Positions 51,383-57,877 of a stretch of 57,877 bases of DNA are shown here, piece after piece. Every line of letters begins with the position of its first letter. The stretch's first letter is position 1. Source of the DNA: Ginglymostoma cirratum. Its lineage: Eukaryota. The notes below the pieces were generated by a model. It saw only the letters and a list, made by a program, of their open reading frames with translations. It did not search any database and was not told the origin of the DNA. The stretch spans positions 22,195,969 to 22,253,845 of the forward strand of contig JAHRHZ010000028.1 in NCBI GenBank assembly GCA_024137785.1. The letters are read 5' to 3'. A program made the translations under genes and the position numbers.

Positions 51383-52431
51383 GAATAGCAGAGCAAGCAC
51401 AAGGGACTGAATGGTCTACTCTTGCTGCTATTCTTTACATTCTTCAGTTATCTGAGGCACACTTAAAATTATATCCCAGTTCCGAGTAAGATTTCCACCG
51501 AAGGCAAGGGAACGGTCAGGATGGGATTCGTTGGCATATCCTTAAATAAATTAACTAGTGTGGATGGCATCTGTCTGGCTGCAAGGACAGCCATGTAATC
51601 AATCTTCTCTCCTCGTGGCAGGTCACAGAATGGGACTGGCGTTGGCGCACTGAAAAGCAGTAATTGCAGCCTGAAACACAGGTCATTATTGGTGAAGAAC
51701 ACTGTCGCAACATCAATAACACAATTGTTTCTGTCTCCATTTTTAACGCTGCTTTTGTCATAACCCCCTATGCCTGGTAAGGCCAGTATTTTCTTTTGTG
51801 AGATGTCCCTTTAAGACCAAATATTCTGCCGCCATTTGGAAAAAGCAGAGAGCTGAAGATAGAATGGCAAAAGGTTGTAGATTGGACAAGACTCACAACC
51901 ACTGTTTCAGTATCGTCAGAGCCCACCAGATGGTTTAAAGGGGTCTGAGTAGTGACTTTCTGGGGATTCTGTGCCAATAGGACTGCCGTGATCCGGGTGG
52001 GATGGGGTTTGTAAATGCGCATGCTGTCAGGGTTAATTACGTCCAAGGACTTCAGATCAAATATGACTGTTGGTAAATGCAATTCAAGGGTCGAATTGAC
52101 TTAATGGAAAGGGAGAGATCCTACAAAACAAACAGAGTCTGAGAGCTTGCATGTGATCCCATATTTCTGTGGGAATAATGAGTCCTTGCTGATTAATAAT
52201 TGAAGTATGTTGCTTTCAGTTGTTACGTTACAGTAGAAATTTTAAAACGTGAAATCCTATTCATTGCCTTTCTTCCCATAGGCTTCATTGGGATTTTTCT
52301 TTAAAAACATTGCCAGTCTGTATTTTTTCATAACATGGTATACTGGAGCCAAGCATTCACCTAAGGGAAAAGCATTTAATTCGTATGAAGTTTCCAATGA
52401 AAAAAAAATCTTTGTCACAGACATTTTTTTT

Positions 52432-52756
52432 CCTTTATTCATTCATGGGATGAGGACATTGCATTTATTGCACATCCCTAATTGCCCAGAGTCAACCACA
52501 TTGCTGTGGGTCTGGAGTCACATGTAGGCCAGACCAGTTATGGATGGCAGTTTCCTTCCCTAAAGGACATGAGTGAATCAGATGGGTTTTTCCTGACAAT
52601 CAGACAATGATCTAATTAGATTGTTAATTCCAGATATTTATTGAATTCAGATTCCATCATCTGCCATGGCAGGATTCGAACCCAGGTCCCCAGAACATTA
52701 TCTGGGTCTCTGGATTAACAGTCCAGCGATAATACCACTAGGCCCTCGCCTCCCCT
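52432..52756 (-). mobile_element. tRNA-derived SINE, near full length
   Basis: The minus-strand head ggggaggcgagggcctagtggtattatcgctggactgttaatccagagacc...ggttcgaatcc has A/B boxes; the tail is catcccatgaatgaataaa. Confidence 0.85.
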
Positions 52757-53396
52757 GTCTTTGGTGATTTGAGTGACAGACTACTGAATGTTCTTTTATT
52801 TTTCAACTTTCACTCCTTTGCCTCTTTCATCTGTCAAATACACTAATTCATACTGGGAGTTGGAGCATCCCAGCAACCCAACTCATTAGTCTCTCATTGA
52901 GTACAAAGTCAGTAGAACAAGCTAACGGATTCTTTGGCAAAATTTTGAGCCAGGGCAACATGAGGTAAATTTATTTATTTTCAGCACAGCAACTTGTTGT
53001 GATCTGGAACACACCACCTGAAAAGCTGTTGCAAGAAAATACAATTGTAATGTTCAAAACAGCATTGTATGAATACTTGGATAGGGTAAAAAAATTACAG
53101 AGCTATGAGGCTATAGAAACGGAATTAACTGGATAACTGCCAAGGAACCAGTACAGACTGATTGGAAGAACAGCCTTTTCTGTACTGCATCAATCCGTGA
53201 TCTGACGCTAGGAACATCATAGTCAAACCTAGTCTTATCTTTGCTTGACACCACAATACAAAGACATTTTCTAGTACAGGTCAGCAAAGAATAATCTGAA
53301 ACAGAAGCTCTGGTTAATGTTCCTCTGACCTAATTTGACAATGCTGAGGTCAGTTAACCCGCACATCAACAGCTCAAAGCTGACAGGAAATGATGA

Positions 53397-53623
53397 GATA
53401 ACAAGGTGTAGAGCTGGATGAACACAGCAGGCCAAGCAGCATCAGAGGAGCAGGAAGGCTGACGTTTCGGGCCTAAACCCTTCAGAAATCATTTCTGAAG
53501 GAGGATCTAGGCCTGCAACGCCAGCTTTCCTGCTCCTCTGATGCTGCTTGGCCTGCTGTGTTCATCCAGCTCCACACCTTGTTATCTCAGATTCTCCAGC
53601 ATCTGCAGTTCCTACTATCTCTG
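53397..53623. mobile_element. Family A Penelope-type inverted pair (hairpin) with TSD
   Basis: Arms of about 95 bp centred on ttcagaaatcatttctgaa. TSD aggaaat(g/t)atga at 53385-53396 and 53624-53635. Confidence 0.88.
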
Positions 53624-53681
53624 AGGAAATTATGATCTGGGTTTTGGGGGCAAATAGAATCAGAGACGGTTTAATTTTTTT

Positions 53682-54031
53682 TCTTTATTCATTCATGGGA
53701 TGAAGGCGTCACTGATAGGCAGCATTTATTGCCCATCCCTAAGCAGTTAAGAGTCAACCATATTGCTGTTGTTCTGGAGTCATATGTAGACCAGATAAGG
53801 ACATTATGACATAAGATGACATAATGCCTAAAGGCATTAGTGAACCAGAAGGGTTTTTCCAACAATCAGCAATGGATTCATGGTCATCATTAGATTCTTA
53901 ATTACAGATATTTTATTGAATTCAAATTCCACCATCTGCTGTGGTGGGATTCAAATCTGGGTCCCCAGAACATTATCTGGGTCTCTGGATTAACAGTCCA
54001 GCGATAATACCACTAGGCCATCGCCTCCCTC
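53682..54031 (-). mobile_element. tRNA-derived SINE, near full length (same family as 52432-52756)
   Basis: Near-identical head (ggtccccagaacattatctgggtctctggattaacagtccagcgataataccactaggcc) and tail. Confidence 0.85.
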
Positions 54032-54149
54032 TGATGGAAAGTTGATCACAGCGTCTGCAACAGCTGAACAACAAGTCACCTACATCACATGGTCCATGGC
54101 CATGTAGGTTATAGCACATGAAGGGCATATCTGTGCACCTTTCAAAATG

Positions 54150-54362
54150 TCTTTTCATTCTTTCCCTGAATGTTGGCATTGCTGGCAATTTGTCGTCCAT
54201 CTCTATGTGACTTTGAACAGAGTGTCTTGCTAGGCCATTTCAAAGGCGAGTTAAGAGTCAGAGTCAATCACTTATGTTGACATTTGAACCCATGATGCCA
54301 GGGCATTAGCCTGGGTGCCTAGACTACCGGCCCAGAGATATATCACTGCACCATTGTTTCCT
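54150..54362 (-). mobile_element. Older, internally deleted copy of the tRNA-SINE family
   Basis: ttttcattctttccctgaatgttggcattgctggc...gttaagagtca...atttgaacccatg...gcattagcctggg. Confidence 0.6.
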
Positions 54363-56290
54363 TCTGCTAATAACTGAAGGATTTATCTGCATCCATACCA
54401 CACTGGGCAACATGCTCCTCGCTGGGTCAAAGGATGAACATTTTAATCAGAACACCTGAACAATCTGAGCTGTTGAAGAACATTTTGAAGGAAATCTATT
54501 ATAATCACTACACAACATTGCAAGATGGATATTTTGAATGAAATATAGTTAAAATAATCTTGTAAATCTGATGTAAGCACTCCATTTTTGGCAGTCATTT
54601 TTAATTTAGTATTCAGTACTGCAGCAGGAGTTTTACCTGGAATAAATCAATTCTTCAAGGTAAAATCAAGTTACTGCCCACACGTCTCCCCTCTGCCAAA
54701 ACACACATGCACACACACAGAGTCTGGATATTCTGTACCAGTCTGTACTGATGTATTTTCATGTGAACACTGACAATAATGTAAAAATCTAAGCAAGCCA
54801 TAAATGCTCTCTTGGGAATGCCTTCCTTATAAAAGATCGTTCTGATAGTCAAGACCAGCTACCAGGACACACATGGAAGCAATCCAGTGAAGGTTCTACA
54901 CTGACTTTGTCTAATGCAACTTTGCCCTGAGGTACCTGTCTCTGTTTGTTGTTTCTCGTGAAGTACTGAATGCAAGAAGTCAACAGTGCTGGGAAATTAG
55001 CTCCACTGCACTAGTGGCACCATCATTTAGTGTTCCAGCAAATAGTGGAGTCAAACTAATGTCAACCCGAGTAGAGCAACTCCAAAAGCCAACATGACGG
55101 GAAGGAGAGATCAGTCTACTGAAGTAGCCAATTCTTCCCCTGGATCAGTGAAAAATAAAGAGTAAGTATTCACAGCAGATTGGGAAATGCCATTCATACC
55201 CATGAAACTATCATTAAAGGCATTGAGCTGGAGATTCATCAACACATGTAATGCAGCACGTGAAATCATGTCATATATAACTTACCAGTTGGGAGTTTAG
55301 ATCACTCTTCCCTGAATTGTGAGCAAGACATTGCTCAATCATGTTCCAGACAAAAATTTCCGAACGTTTTTTGGAGAATCCCCTTTACAGAAGTAGAATT
55401 ATAAAAGTAACATCAGAAACTTCCTGATAATATTGTTGAAAATTAAGGTATACGTAAAGGAAAGGTTTTCCCAATTTACAACACCACATATCGCTCATCG
55501 GCAACATGTTTAAACAGATTGTATCCCCAAGTGAACCAGGAAAAATTTTTATTCACCAGGCACACACTACTCCTCCTTCCTGGAATCTGAAGTGCAGACC
55601 AATAGTTGTGTTTAGCACCCAAAAAATCTCCAGGCAACCTTTACAAACAATGCAAAGGAAACTTTATTCAGGCAATTTGAAATGAGTTTCAAGTTTGTAA
55701 ATAGCATCTCAGTGGGGCAAATGATGGCTATGGGAGACTTTCATACTAGGACACAGATCAAGTCTCTGTCGGTCGTCCAGTAAAGCTGACTAGCGGGCAA
55801 GCACATTTCACATTATATTGTCTTGTACATATAGATTTGCTGTCAAAAGCTCATTAATTTTAACAGGAAAATAGAAAATGATAGACTCAGCTATTTTCTA
55901 ATCAACCTGTTCAGAAATGGCTCAGAGTGAGGGACACTACCACTGCAACTCAAAAGTGGCAAAATGATAGATTTACTTTTCACTAAAATCAGTGTCAACT
56001 GGAAGTGAGTTCTGGTTTGCAATTCAGCTGGGGAGGAGAGTGGAAAAATACAATAGCATGGCTTGAGAGATTAATTTGGTTCCAGTCAGGCACAACAATT
56101 TCATGAGAAATTGCCTGAGAAGTGTTTCAAACAGCCCTGATGCTTATATAGTTCAACTTTTGTCATTCCCTTCTATGGAGAATTAAAGACAAATTATATA
56201 AACCCAGGCTCTGCACTTAAAATTGATACTAAATGTAAAAACAGATAGTTTAGAAAGAAAAGAATATGTAAGAATTAGGAACACCAAAGA

Positions 56291-56564
56291 ATCATTACAC
56301 TGAACTCAAATAGTGTTAACTGTGCTCTCCTCACAGGTGCTGCCAGACCTGCTAAGTTTCTCCAGTGGGTTTCTTTGCCAGATGTCCAGCAACAACTGTA
56401 TTTTGTTTCTTTACAGTCAAACAGAATATGGATTATATCATCAAGATCTGAACTGGTTATCTCTGCAACAAGAACCAAAATTGCTGGAAAAACTTAGCAG
56501 GTCTGGCAGCATCTGTGGAGAGAAAACAGAGGTAACATTTCATATGCAGTGACCCTTCATCATG
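56291..56564. mobile_element. Two family B Penelope-type fragments in opposite orientation (56291-56373 +, 56467-56564 -)
   Basis: ctcacaggtgctgccagacctgctaagtttctccag and ctggaaaaacttagcaggtctggcagcatctgtggagag...gtgacccttcatca. Confidence 0.75.
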
Positions 56565-57300
56565 AGGATAGTCTCTGTGTTGCAGATAACACTGCAGTCC
56601 TCAACACTAAACATGAGCGTGATGCAAATCTCCCTCAACTCAGGACAATATCTTTTAATCAATGTACCTCGCCAAACGGCATTAGACCCAATCCAACTAA
56701 AATAGAAGACATGCAAAAATGCTCACACAACTAGACAAAGGTGTCTCACTCTATCTAAATTTTTACCCCCATACATTTGAATTACGTGATCAAAGTCTCT
56801 CCTTTTCAAGTTTCTACTCCGCAAAGGTGTGTCAGATACACAGTAAGATCACCAACACGTTACGCTCCGTCATCCAGCAGGTGTGTTCCATGTCAAGACA
56901 TATTAGGCCATTCACATATAGGTTACATGGGCACAGAAAAAAACTGATAGACTCACGTGAGTATCGCCTGGCCCAACATCAATAAAGATTGATTAGTTGA
57001 TCAAGTTGTGTGCAACACGCCAACTCCATCCACCTCAATAATCACAAGAACCTCTCATTCCACACAAAATTCCTTCTGAGTCACGAAGCAAGATTCTAAC
57101 CAATATTTTCCATATTCAAAAAGGTACAATTGTGTTCTGGTAATTGACAACTTCACCTAATTTCCTTTTGCGTAACAAATCAAACAACATTACTACAACA
57201 TTTACTGCATATTCAACAAATGCCCAGAGTTCATTATCTTTACAGTATAAACTGTGCGCTAATGTACTTGTGTACAGTCTTGTACATGGAAGTATAAGTA
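56565..57300 (+). pseudogene. Ty3/Gypsy LTR-retrotransposon pol remnant (RT plus integrase)
   Basis: Decayed frames give CVADNTAV (YxDD equivalent) and GIRPNPTKIEDMQ for RT, then DILGHSHIGYMGTEK...WPNINKD...CATRQLH...QEPLIPHKIP...TNIFH...LVIDNFT (HHCC zinc finger and first DDE aspartate region). The RT-then-IN order is Gypsy-like. Confidence 0.75.
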
Positions 57301-57493
57301 ACAAGTTGGGGGGGGGGGGGGGCGGAGGATATTGCATTATTGCAAGAATCCCGGAAAGACAGTGCACTTCTAAGACATCAGGACTTGTGATATTCTAATA
57401 TAAAAGGTCCTTACCTCACCTTCAGTAATAATATGTACTAAGTCAGTCAGCAATGTGTAGTGATGCAGCTATAACATGAGTAAACAGAACCCA

Positions 57494-57877
57494 TGAGATA
57501 ACAAGGTGTAGAGCTGGATGAACACAGCAGGCTAAGCAGCATCAGAGGAGCAGGAAGGCTGACGTTTCAGGCCTAGACCCTTCTTCAGAAATGGGGGAAG
57601 GGAAGTGGGTTCTGAAATAAATAGGGAGGGAGGGGGAGGCAGGTAGAAGATGGATAGAGGAGAAGATAGGTGGAGAGAAGACTGACAGGTCAAAGAGGCG
57701 GGGATGGAGCCAGTAAAGGTGAGTGTAGGTGGGGAGGTAGGGAGGAGATATCTCAGTCCACGGAGGACAGACAGGTCAAGGGGGATGGATGAGGTTAGTA
57801 GGTAGGAGATTGGGGTGGGGCTTGAGGTGGGAGGTGGGAGGAGGGGGATAGGTGGGAGGAAGGACAGGTTAGGGAGG
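57494..57877 (-). mobile_element. Penelope-like element 3' end/pLTR (family A, long copy), truncated by the window edge
   Basis: Highly similar to 44035-44395. The minus strand includes the hammerhead box CTGAAGAAGGGTCTAGGCCTGAAACGTC. Confidence 0.88.

Noticed and set aside
41769-57877. First MAPKAPK2 coding exon or CpG-island promoter
   Set aside because: No GLGINGKV...FALK-coding sequence or CpG island was seen. The Pro-run in ORF 57116-57367 is only a poly-G tract.

Overview
Eukaryotic (vertebrate) genomic DNA. The repeat families suggest a cartilaginous fish, most likely a shark; this is an inference. The window holds part of a minus-strand MAP kinase-activated protein kinase gene, best matching MAPKAPK2 (MK2). 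Four coding exons are present (41768-41629, 7197-7133, 6453-6374, 4239-4113; 140/65/80/127 bp). All have canonical GT-AG sites and splice into one open kinase-domain frame. The first exon and the exons after ...TPYYV were not found and presumably lie outside the window. The rest is intron filled with decayed retroelements: many CR1 LINE pieces, L2, Rex1/Babar, tRNA-derived SINEs, Deu-type SINEs and a Gypsy pol remnant. There is one 10-N gap. Two things stand out. (1) About 14 short Penelope-type 3'-end/pseudo-LTR insertions from two sequence families carry a minimal hammerhead-ribozyme core (CUGAnGA-A-stem II-GAAA-CGUH). Many form inverted-pair hairpins flanked by target-site duplications, and several lie sense to the MK2 pre-mRNA. 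(2) An unexplained ~1 kb segment is duplicated about 3.2 kb apart. It has a reconstructable 30-bp perfect palindrome, a CpG-rich ancestor, a shared short ORF with a signal-peptide-like start, and a third inverted fragment captured inside a CR1. Most ORF-track entries are spurious or TE-derived. Boundaries of old repeats are approximate.
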